Assembly (NCBI RefSeq): GCF_001194135.2
Contig: NC_068982.1
Span: 65,278,520 to 65,342,519 of the forward strand
Source: Octopus bimaculoides
Lineage: Eukaryota
Length of the DNA: 64,000 nt
Direction of reading: 5' to 3'
Position 1 is the first letter of the stretch, and every line of letters begins with the position of its first letter. Below, one piece after another: positions 53,212-64,000 of this stretch. The notes below the pieces were generated by a model. That model ran no database searches and was not told the DNA's origin. It was given only the letters and a program-made list of their open reading frames with translations. The position numbers and the translations under genes are program-made.

Positions 53212-55683
53212 CTTACACATACACACAGTAATTACATACAAGCATCATATATCTTGACATAGTTTCATAACTGCATACATAGACGCATACATGTACATAC
53301 ATAATCACATACTACATATTCTTTCATACCTACACACTTACACACACACACACACACACGTCTTTTGGTAATCACAGTTATGATTAGTTAATGTGGGTTC
53401 TGAAGAATTCTATTTTTCTATAAGCCCTCCACACTCCTTTCTCAGCTTCCCTAGTCATTAATCTTGTACTTCATTACCCCAGTCCTTACTATTTGGCTGG
53501 TTTTGTAAAGGTTAAACTCATTTTTCTTCATGCTTTTTTTTAGCCAGCCAGTTTTCTTTTATTTGCTCTTCATTTGTGTTTTTGTTGTCATTGGGCTGCC
53601 ACCACCACCACCCCAGTCCCCCCCCCCCCCCGACTGATGTTGTTTGTCTGGCCACAACAAATATCTATACCCTACCACATTTTGTTATTCTTAAAGATGA
53701 AATAAACCAGTTTTTCTTGAAGGTATTATCAAAAAGGTCATAATGTTAGAACCATCTACTTGGAAATATCAAGGGAAGGGGAAAAAAAAAAAAACAGAAA
53801 TTAAGAGACAAAAAAAAAATTTAATTATTATTTTCCAAGTCTCTGACTGAGGTTATTTCAAATGGAATGTTTCTATATTGCTATAGAGAACTTCAAAGTA
53901 GGAGTAAGGCATTGGACATTAAAGTTCCTGACCTAATTTCAATTGCCAGCGGTCATTTTATTTCTCTGACATGGTTAATACCTTTGGGAAAGGCATGAAT
54001 GCCAGAGATGTTGGAAAACAACTAATTGGCTTGCTTTTTCTTTTATCCTTTTACTTTCTGCCCCCTCCTAACTCTACTATAACAGGCCTCAACTAGTGAA
54101 TTAACTAGCTACATGCTTCTCCTACCCACATTCATTCTATTTATCTTCACACACATGCACGCTCACACACATACAATCACACACATTCTCACTCACTCTA
54201 TTTTTCTCTCTTGCTTTCTCTTTGTCTCTCCTTTGCTCTCTATCTTCCTTCCCCATCACCCTGTCTTGTTCTATTTTTCTTTTAAGAAATATTCTTCAGT
54301 CATATGTTCTCAGACTGATGGAATAACAATAATTTAACAACAAAAACAAAATCACTTAGCCTGCTGACATAATCACACCACCTCCCCTCGACTTTTTTTT
54401 TTTTGCTTCTTTTTCAGAATTCCATCTCTAAATTGCTTTTTATTATATAATTACATTGTTTTAGTATATCCATTTTCTTCTATTTGCACTCAGAAATCTT
54501 TTTCTTTTCATGTTACACGCAAATCAGCTTTCTCCTGCAGCCATACTTCATATATCACCTTCTTAATTCCACACTAAAATTCACCTTCTTGGACATTAAA
54601 TTTCTGACCAAACTTCAACTACCAGTGGCCAGTTTACTTTCACCTGGATTGCTAATACCTTGGGGAAAGGTGCAAATGCTATAGATGCAGAAAAGTCAAC
54701 TAGTTGCAAAAGATTCACCAACATACTATAAATGCATATCCACACTATGTTCTTCCCTCCCTCTCTCTCTCTTTCTCTCTCAGATTATTAGAACAGCTCC
54801 TACTTCTTTGAATTAACAAGCTATATGCTACTTCTTTCTACCTACCCATTGTACTTACTTGTTCTTGAGTATGACATCCTAAAACTCATTGAGCATTTTT
54901 AACCCAGTCCTTCCTTCCACCATCATTTCTACAATCCACCTGGAACCTTGTCCTTATCCATGTTTACCCCACTCCTCAACAGGCATCAATGTGCAGGAGT
55001 ACAAACTAAATAACAACTATGTTGACCCTACCAATCTGGAAGGCCTGCAACATTTACAGGCACTGTCACTTGTCCATATACACCACCTCCTCTTCCCCTC
55101 TGCCTCCTTTTCCACCCACCTCTCCTAAACAGTAATAAAATATTAAAAACACATCTGAACATACCACCATAAATACCATTTTTATGGCATAACTGTAGAG
55201 CTTTGCAGAAAGCCAATTTTATCAATATGATGGAATCATTTTTTTGATAGTCTTAAAAACATTATTCTTTTTCTTGTTGTATTGAATAATCTTCACAAGA
55301 TATATGTAAAGTGCTTAGATATTTTAGGCAAATAGTTTTATCTTTCTCTTATCCAACTTTTTCATCACTTATTTGATTACACAGTTTTATTCTTCTTTGT
55401 ATAGAAAAAGAACCAATTCTTCAGTATAAGGCTGTGGATAGGATAGTACAGTGTCAAACAAAATAGTGTGACTGTTATATCCCTTTCTATTCTAACTTCA
55501 GATCCCACTTTGTCAGCTTTGCCATTCCTCATTCTGGAGCTGCAGAAATAAGTATCAGTTGAATAATAAGGACTTTTGTACTGATAGCATTGAATTTCTA
55601 AGGTTGATGGAATAAAATAGGACAGAAACTGCAGCTTGACATACTTAACTCAAACTTTCTTACATGGCCTGAGTGCTTGGAGT

Positions 55684-56570
55684 TATGATAGAAGACACAT
55701 ACCCAAGGTGCCATGCAGCGGGTTTTTTTCACAGAATTTTGTGATTGTAAAGCAAAGCCCTTACACACAAGACATTGATATAACAACACCCTGTATGATT
55801 TGCTACTCCCAATTTTATAACAAGACTTGGATTACCCAAAGTTATAATAGAAGACATATATCCAAGGCACCATACAGAGGGTTTGAACACAAGCTTATGT
55901 GATTGCAAAGAAAAGCCCTTACACACAAGAGATTGATATAATTGACAACACTCCAGTATGGTTTGGTACTCCTAATTTTATAACAAGACCTAGGTTACCT
56001 GAAGTTATGACGGAAGTCACTTACCCTAGGTACCATTCTGTGGGTTTGAACAAAGAACTGTATGATGGCATGGCAAAGCTCTTAAGCATATGTTGTTGTT
56101 GGCACTCCGTCGCTTACGACATCGAGGGTTCTAGTTGATCCGATCAACGGAACAGCCTGCTCGTGAAATTAATGTGTAAGTAGCTGAGCACTCCACAGAC
56201 ACGTGTACCCTTAACGTAGTTCTTGGGGATATTCAACGTGAAACAGTGTGACAAGGCTGACGCTTTGAATTACAGGCACAACTGAAACAGGAAGTAAGAG
56301 TGAAAGAAAGTTGTGGTGAAGGAGTACGGCAGGGTTCACCGCCATCCCCTGCCGGAGCCTCATGGAGCTTTAGGTATTTTCGCTCAATAAACACTCACAT
56401 CGCCTGGTCTGGGAATCGAAACCGCGATCCTATGACCAATATGACCACTGGGCCATTGCACTTCCACTCTTAAGCACATAAGGTTGATATAATTGACAAT
56501 ATCCCCCCCCCCCGCATAGCTTGCCACTCCCATTTTATAACCAGACCTAAGTTGCTTAAAGGCATGATAC
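55684..56570. repeat. ~160-bp tandem repeat (3 units) interrupted by SINE A
   Basis: Units start at ~55684, 55843 and 56006; unit 3 resumes after 56476. Confidence 0.8.
56089..56466 (-). mobile_element. SINE family A
   Basis: 10-bp TSD CTCTTAAGCA (56079-56088 / 56467-56476). Confidence 0.92.
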
Positions 56571-57260
56571 TGAAATAATTGATAACCCCCCTTGAAGATT
56601 GTACCCCAGGTGTCTTGCCACATGGCCACAGTCCAGTGACTAAAAGGAGTAGAAGAATGAAAGAATTCCTAAATGGACAAAGAACAAAGCAAAAGGAAAG
56701 AGTTCCAAGTAGAATCACATGTCACACTGACAATTCGGTGGCACTACATTAATGCTTCATAGAAAGACACTGTGACATGATAAAGAAATATGTTATGGAT
56801 GGGGAGTGGCGTGTAAAAAGAAAACAATATATCTTTATAAAAACAAAAGCAAGAGGTTGTAGGGAAAAAAAAAAACGCTGATTCTTCACATAATTTATCT
56901 AAAAATGGTGTAAATTAGATTCTGTGAAACACCACAGATATGGGCAACATTATTGAATGGTGTGTTCCTTTTAAAAAATAAATATAAACAGATGTGTAAG
57001 CAAAAATAATCAATATGTATTCTACATTCTCTTTTCAACACTTCCACTTGATTAAACACATTAAAGGTTGCCATTGTTGTTGTTGTTGTTTAGATTGTGG
57101 GTGTGTGTTGTTACTTTAGAAACATGAAACAACTGTTAAATTAATGTGTGTATATATGTATACACCCACATGCTTTGTGATTCTAAAATAGCAACAGCTA
57201 AATGAACATACACACACACACAAACACATATAACCATATAAAAATATATATGTATGTATG

Positions 57261-57307
<47 letters not shown>

Positions 57308-57365
57308 CACACATACATACACATACACACATACGCACATATATACATACATACACACACACATA

Positions 57366-57398
<33 letters not shown>

Positions 57399-57944
57399 TG
57401 TTTTCTTGTGACAATAGCTTAATCTCAATATTTTCAAAAAACTGTAATGGAAAAATGCAAAATTACCAAGAAATTAACAGTTTCTTTTTTTTTTTTTTTT
57501 TTTTCATTCTTTTTTTTTTCTTTCTTCTGCATTATGTGTGTGGTTAGTAAATTGAGGTAAATCAAAGAAGTTGCGTCCATGATAGTAAAAAAAAAAACAA
57601 AGAAAGAAAGAGAACACAAACAAAAACAAGCTTACTTTTTGACAAGAGAATATAATTATAATATCCATGTAATATTATATAGTTGGGCATAAAGCTGAAT
57701 TCAACCTGCTTTGTTTTTTAATCTTTTATGTGATAAAATTAGATGAGTGTTTTGTGTGCATGTGTGTATGTGTGTGTGTGTGTATGTGCATGTACATGTC
57801 TGTTTGTTTTAGATGATAATGTTATGATAAATAAGTGAATAACACATCTTCATAGGTTGTTATTGCCAGAAAGTTCTGCCTCAAAAAATATAAATAAAAT
57901 ATAAATAATAATAATAATAATGATGATAATGTTGATGATTTTTT

Positions 57945-57975
<31 letters not shown>

Positions 57976-58754
57976 AATTTAGACACAACATTATCACTAG
58001 GAATATTTAGTTTGTACAGTAGGTAGATGTGTACTTCTTAGAAATATCCTCATTCTGTCATTATACTGATTGTGTTTGGGTATGAAGAATGGTATGCGTT
58101 GGGGTGGGGGCCTTGCTCTCATACTTCCAATACTAATCATACTGCAGTTTCCTTGCTGTTAGTATTAGAATGATGATTTCTCTGATAAAAACTTGACATT
58201 CTTAAAACCACTCCCACCACCATCATCTTTGCCTACTCTCACAAGTCGTCTTCTAAAATTTTTCTTGTTTTCTTTCTTTTTTTCTTTTAATGGCTCAAGA
58301 GTAGTGTTTCCATATGTTTTTATGTTAAAATTTTTTTTTAAATAAATGTATGTGCATGTGTGGGATTCTGTTTTTGTATTTCTGCTGTTATGGGTGCTTC
58401 ATCAAGAAAAATCTGGTGTTAATGCAGATGGGAATTGAGTGAATTTATATTATGTGAAACATATATGTTCACTGTGCACATGTACATGCTGGCGATTACA
58501 TAATTCTACCCCTACCCTACAACTCTTGAGTGTTGCAATGATCAGAAGAATGTGATGTTTATAATAAAAGATTCTCTACATCAGCTGCATGTATTCTGTT
58601 GATTTGTTCTATATCTGGCAAAATGTTGCTAATCTGCAACTGAGAAACTCCAAAATTTTCATTAAAAATGGTCACATTTATGTTATTTTGATGTCATTAT
58701 GTAAACTTGATATTGTTTTGGTTACATAATAGCTTGATGGTACTTACTATAACA

Positions 58755-59040
58755 ACAACTTGATGTCAGAGACATAACAACTTGATGTCAGTGACATAAC
58801 AGCTTGATGTCAGTGACATAACAGCTTGATGTCAGTGACATAACAGCTTGATGTCAGAGACATAACAACTTGATGTCAGAGACATAACAACTTGATGTCA
58901 GAGACATAACAACTTGATGTCAGAGACATAACAACTTGATGTCAGAGACATAACAACTTGATGTCAGAGACATAACAACTTGATGTCAGAGACATAACAA
59001 CTTGATGTCAGAGACATAACAACTTGATGTTAGTGACATA
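58755..59040. repeat. 22-bp minisatellite, 13 near-perfect copies (CATAACAACTTGATGTCAGAGA) with degenerate flanks
   Basis: TTGATGT recurs every 22 nt from 58760 to 59024. Confidence 0.95.
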
Positions 59041-59532
59041 GCAATAACTTTGTCATTTTGTGACATAATAACAATTTAATATCATTTGGTGAGATAATAA
59101 CAACTTGATGTGATATAATGACATAACAATTTGATGTCATTTTGAGCATTAAGGTTAAAGAATTAGTGAATGGGATCTGGAAGAGTGCAATAATTTAAGG
59201 TTAAAAGTCACCTTTTTCCAGCTAACTATTGATGCAATAAATAGTTAGCTGGAAATTAGTGACCAGTGCTGACCAAACATATATTTTACATTAGTTATTT
59301 TGACTATACCAATATAATATGACTGAATTTTTATCGTTCTCTGTCAATTTCATCAAATATTTTCACTAAAAGCGGACGTTAAACGATGATGATGATGATG
59401 ATTTCTTATTAAAAAATTGTAATGACACAAAGGAACAAAGGAATTATTGTTTTTAAATCAAGATGTTTTTTTTTTTTTATTAATCATACTTTTTAATTAT
59501 ATTTTAGATATTTGCATGATGGATTCAATATT

Positions 59533-59906
59533 TTGTTGTTGTTGGCACTCCGTCACTTACGACGTCGAGGGTTCCAGTTGATCCGATCAACAGAACAGCC
59601 TGCTCGTGAAATTAACGTGCAAGTGGCTGAGCACTCCACTGACACATGTACCCTTAATGTAGTTCTCGGGGATATTCAGCGTGACACAGTGTGACAAGGC
59701 TGACCCTTTGAATTACGGGCACAACAGAAACAGGAAGTAAGAGTGAGAGAAAGTTGTGGTGAAAGAGTACAGCGGGATTCGCCACCATCCCCTGCCAGAG
59801 CCACGTGGAGCTTTAGGTGCTTTCGCTCAATAAACACTCACAACGCCCGGTCTGGGAATCGAAACCGCGAGTCCACTGCCCTAACCACTGGGCCATTGCA
59901 CCTCCA
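59533..59906 (-). mobile_element. Young SINE family A
   Basis: Colinear with the other A copies; ~12-bp deletion in the head. Confidence 0.92.
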
Positions 59907-61207
59907 CTGGGTCCAATAAGTTATTAATGATTCCACGAAGGAGGTAATGATAAGAAGTTTGCTGACCCCCGATATAGAGACTCCCTTTTTGGTTCATAGT
60001 GCTTCAGTTTTGGTTTGATTGAACCTGAAGGTGGTAATAATGAAATAAATGCACAATACTAGACAAATTAGAGAAATGGATCAATACCAATCCTGGTATT
60101 TACAAATCACAAGTAGATAAGTGGCAATGCCCATCTTGGCAGGGTTCAAACTCAAATTGTAAAATGATATATATTTCCCATTACATATTATTTTCTTCCT
60201 TGATTATTCGCTATATTGATCAAACTGATATATTTTATTTATAAACAGTCTATGTATTCTTAATTCAAGACACTTTTTTGTTCACCACTCTTCCCAGTAT
60301 GTATGTAGATATTTGCAAATGTATATGGATGTGTGTGTCCTGTGGGTGTCCATTTACAACAATAGTTGTAAATGAACGTCACTGTTGCATAAGCAGTGTT
60401 ATTTGTCTCCAATCTTCTGCAAAAACATGTCTCATCAAGAGGAAATATTACTGTGCTTGGAAAAAGGTGCAGATTGGTAACAGAAAAAGCATCCAGTCAG
60501 AGAAAATCTGCCTCAATAAAACCAAACTCATACCAGTGGATATCAAACAAATATGATAATGATGTTGAATGATTTTCAGTAGTAATCAGCTCCTAGTTTG
60601 CTTTTGTTTTGTTTTTTATTCTCTCATAAGCATTTTATTTTAATGCATAACTTTCTGTTATACAAAGTCACACAGTAACATATATTATATTTGATTACTT
60701 AACAGAAAATATTTCTTTCTTGAAGCTAGAGCATCACTGCATCACCTGATTAATTTTAAAAAGGCTTTGATGTTTGAAGTATGAAGAACAATATACCTGC
60801 TGTTATTTGTTACATTCACATCTCAATCAAAGCATGTGCTCGATTTGCTCCGTTAACCTAATTGTTGAAAAATGTCTGTGCTTTATATTTGACTGTTTTA
60901 TATCCTTATTATCTCTAACAATCCATGCAAAATAAATTTTATTTAAATAACAAATCATTGCAAAACCAAATAAACTGGAGATATAACAGAAACTAAACTA
61001 TCATATTTGCCTCTTTGCATTATTTTCCTTTATGATTACATTGAGGTATTGAGCAGATTGATATTTTGAAACTTTCATCATATAAAGATTTCATATACTG
61101 TTAATGCAGTGTTGGTAGCAGCATTTTTATACTTGATTGGCCAGTTAAAATATCGATGTTGAAACTACTAGCAATTTCCATATCCAGTATGATACCAACT
61201 GATGAAA

Positions 61208-61244
61208 CTAAAAGCATAAACCACTTTTGAGTTGTGTTATATCA
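61208..61244 (-). CDS. Candidate terminal coding exon (xDITQLKSGLCF*)
   Basis: Strong acceptor TCTGTTGCTGTTTTCTCCCAG; phase-compatible with 63844-63883; AT-rich UTR-like sequence follows. Confidence 0.25.
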
Positions 61245-61291
61245 CTGGGAGAAAACAGCAACAGATAAAGAAGTAATAAAGAGAAATGTCA

Positions 61292-61343
<52 letters not shown>

Positions 61344-61374
61344 TACACATGTATGTATATATATATGTGTGTGC

Positions 61375-62292
61375 GTGGTGTGTGTAATGTCAATCTCAAT
61401 GTGAATACCCGTCAGAGTGTAAGTATCTTGAGAGAAAAGCTGAACATTAGAAGCATCAGTTGTGGCGTGCAAGAGAGACGATTGCGNNNNNNNNNNNNNN
61501 NNNNNNNNNNNNNNNNNNNNNNNNNNNNNNNNNNNNNNNNNNNNNNNNNNNNNNNNNNNNNNNNNNNNNNNNNNNNNNNNNNNNNNNNNNNNNNNNNNNN
61601 NNNNNNNNNNNNNNNNNNNNNNNNNNNNNNNNNNNNNNNNNNNNNNNNNNNNNNNNNNNNNNNNNNNNNNNNNNNNNNNNNNNNNNNNNNNNNNNNNNNN
61701 NNNNNNNNNNNNNNNNNNNNNNNNNNNNNNNNNNNNNNNNNNNNNNNNNNNNNNNNNNNNNNNNNNNNNNNNNNNNNNNNNNNNNNNNNNNNNNNNNNNN
61801 NNNNNNNNNNNNNNNNNNNNNNNNNNNNNNNNNNNNNNNNNNNNNNNNNNNNNNNNNNNNNNNNNNNNNNNNNNNNNNNNNNNNNNNNNNNNNNNNNNNN
61901 NNNNNNNNNNNNNNNNNNNNNNNNNNNNNNNNNNNNNNNNNNNNNNNNNNNNNNNNNNNNNNNNNNNNNNNNNNNNNNNNNNNNNNNNNNNNNNNNNNNN
62001 NNNNNNNNNNNNNNNNNNNNNNNNNNNNNNNNNNNNNNCTGGACTGGCTTGTGCGGGTGGCACATAAAAGACACCATTTCGAGCGTGGCCGTTTTCGTGC
62101 GGGTGACACGTAAAAGCACCCACTACACTCTCTGAGTGGTTGGCGTTAGGAAGGGCATCCAGCTGTAGAAACTCTGCCAAATCAGACTGAAGCCTGGTGT
62201 TGCCATCCGGTTTTACCAGTCCTCAGTCAAATCGTCCAACCCATGCTAGCATGGAAAGCGGACGTTAAACGATGATGATGATGATGATGATG

Positions 62293-62293
<1 letters not shown>
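61375..62293 (+). mobile_element. Young 5'-truncated RTE LINE 3' end spanning an N-gap
   Basis: CNVNLNVNTRQSVSILREKLNIRSISCGVQERRL (RTE RT C-terminus) lies before the gap 61487-62038; the CpG-rich 3' end with (GAT)n tail lies after it. Confidence 0.8.
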
Positions 62294-62323
<30 letters not shown>

Positions 62324-62328
62324 GCAAA

Positions 62329-62463
62329 ATGGATGCTGAAGAATTTAGAAAACATGGCAAACAGGATATTCAATATGATATGAGTAAGAAATTAAATTCC
62401 CTTTTGAACACTAATCTAGGATTGGATGTATTTATATACTGTTGTCGATCAAAGGCATTCTAG
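62329..62463 (+). pseudogene. Group II PLP-dependent decarboxylase (DDC/TDC/HDC-like) N-terminal fragment or first coding exon
   Basis: GCAAAATGG start context. MDAEEFRKHGKQ resembles the family N-terminus M[DN]xxEFR[RK]xGKxMVDY but diverges after Q12. Possible donor A|GTAAGA at 62384. Confidence 0.45.
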
Positions 62464-62633
62464 ACATGACTGCTTCATCTGATAAGAGAAAGACAGAGAG
62501 ATAGAGGGAGACACATGCACACACACATCTACACACATAGAAACAAACTGTGTTTGATGGATGATAATGAAGATGTGTAGTGGTTAAAGATTGTGAGTGA
62601 TGAATGTGAATAATAGGAGAGAGAGAAAAAGCT

Positions 62634-62679
<46 letters not shown>

Positions 62680-62701
62680 CCAGATTAATAATAATTATAT
62701 A

Positions 62702-62791
<90 letters not shown>

Positions 62792-63055
62792 TATATAATT
62801 ATTATTAATCTGGGCAAAATACTTTGTAAGCTCTCTCTGTTGATACAAATACACCAGGCTATCGAAATTTTTTAGATTAGGAAAGAACTCTACATATGCT
62901 TATGGCACAGTCTAAGGTTATAGTTCAACACTGTTGTATTCCCAGTTATACTTGTTTTTTACACAGTGATATACAAGACAAGATATAAATAAGGTATATG
63001 TAATGGCCATTATTTATATCTTGTATTGTATGTGTGCGTATATATATATATATAT

Positions 63056-63444
63056 TTTTGTTTTTGTTGGCACTCCATCGCTTACGACGTCGAGGGTTCC
63101 AGTTGATCCGATCAACGAAACAGCCTGCTCGTGAAATTAACGTGCAAGTGGTTGAGCACTCCACAGACACGTGTACCCTTAATGTAGTTCTTGGGGATAT
63201 TCAGCATGACAGTGTGACAAGGCTGACCCTTTGAATTACAGGCACAACAGAAACAGGAAGTAAGAGTGAGAGAAAGTTGTGGTGGAAGAGTACAGCGAGG
63301 TTCGCCACCATCCCCTGCCAGAGCCTCGTGGAGCTTTAGGTGTTTTTCGCTCAGTAAACACTCACAACGCCCGGTCTGGGAATCGAAACCGTGATCCTAT
63401 GACTGTGAGTCCGCTGCCCTAACCACTGGGCCATTGCGCCTCCA
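63056..63444 (-). mobile_element. Young SINE family A inserted in (TA)n
   Basis: Colinear with the other A copies and flanked by (TA)n on both sides. Confidence 0.92.
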
Positions 63445-63843
63445 CATATATATATATGTATATATACACACACACAGCAAATAGAAGATGGAATGTACGA
63501 GAATTTATTAATCACAACAATTGTTTCGACACATCTAGCATTGATCCCAGTAAGCTACCAGGTGCAAACCATTCATTTTATATATATTATAAAGTCAGGG
63601 TACAATATGCACCTGTTTGTTTGAAAGAAGAGTTAAAATTCTCCAAAACCACACATCTCTCACTATATGTAAATATACACGGAGAATGTAGTAAATATAT
63701 TTAGAAAAATAGTCATCCCCAATTGTAAAGCTATAAAGAGAAGGGTAGATATTCCAGTATCAGTTGATTTCACTTTCTGTGCTGAATTGACACTTAAAGC
63801 TCATCAGCTAGGCTTGCTACCTTATTTTTTTTAATATATTTAC

Positions 63844-63883
63844 CTCTCCATGGGCGTTTGTTTAGCTGAAGGCCTCACAACTT
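63844..63883 (-). CDS. Candidate 40-nt internal exon (xVVRPSAKQTPMES/R)
   Basis: Branch-like GCTAAT, GTTCATTTAG acceptor and GAG|GTAAAT donor; one open frame (phase 1 in, phase 2 out). Confidence 0.3.
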
Positions 63884-64000
63884 CTAAATGAACATTAGCA
63901 AGCAGGCATAAATTCAAAATTCAAATAAGTTATCATTATCTTTTAAAAAAATGATAAATTGGCCAGCAAGCATAATCCAGGATACAATATGTACCTGTTT

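Noticed and set aside
58755-59040. CRISPR-like array (also the 29-bp and 20-bp repeats)
   Set aside because: Units are head-to-tail with no unique spacers, there are no cas genes, and the context is eukaryotic.
63456-63704. 82-aa ORF
   Set aside because: Starts in a microsatellite and overlaps sequence related to the 8766 fold-back family.

Overview
AT-rich eukaryotic (animal) DNA from a gapped draft assembly, with six N-gaps. The repeat content resembles a coleoid cephalopod, most likely Octopus; this is an inference from recalled SINE families, not a database result. No complete protein-coding gene, rRNA, genuine tRNA gene or CRISPR array is supportable, and most ORF-track entries are microsatellite, SINE or gap artefacts. 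The window reads as intronic or intergenic DNA dense in mobile elements. These include a full-length decayed mariner, RTE and CR1/L2-like LINE remnants, and at least four tRNA-derived SINE families, one of them young with six copies (four with clear TSDs). There are also hAT-, piggyBac- and Helentron-type non-autonomous elements, two ~370-bp fold-back elements, and several mini- and microsatellites. The most interesting signals are: an ATG-initiated peptide MDAEEFRKHGKQ at 62329 matching the N-terminus of group II PLP decarboxylases (DDC/TDC/HDC); a SINE whose internal microsatellite appears to act as both a tail-swap hinge and a transposon landing pad; SINE tails matching the 3' end of a local RTE LINE; long fold-back hairpins; and a few weak candidate (micro)exons. 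I found no convincing evidence of a wholly new biological system.
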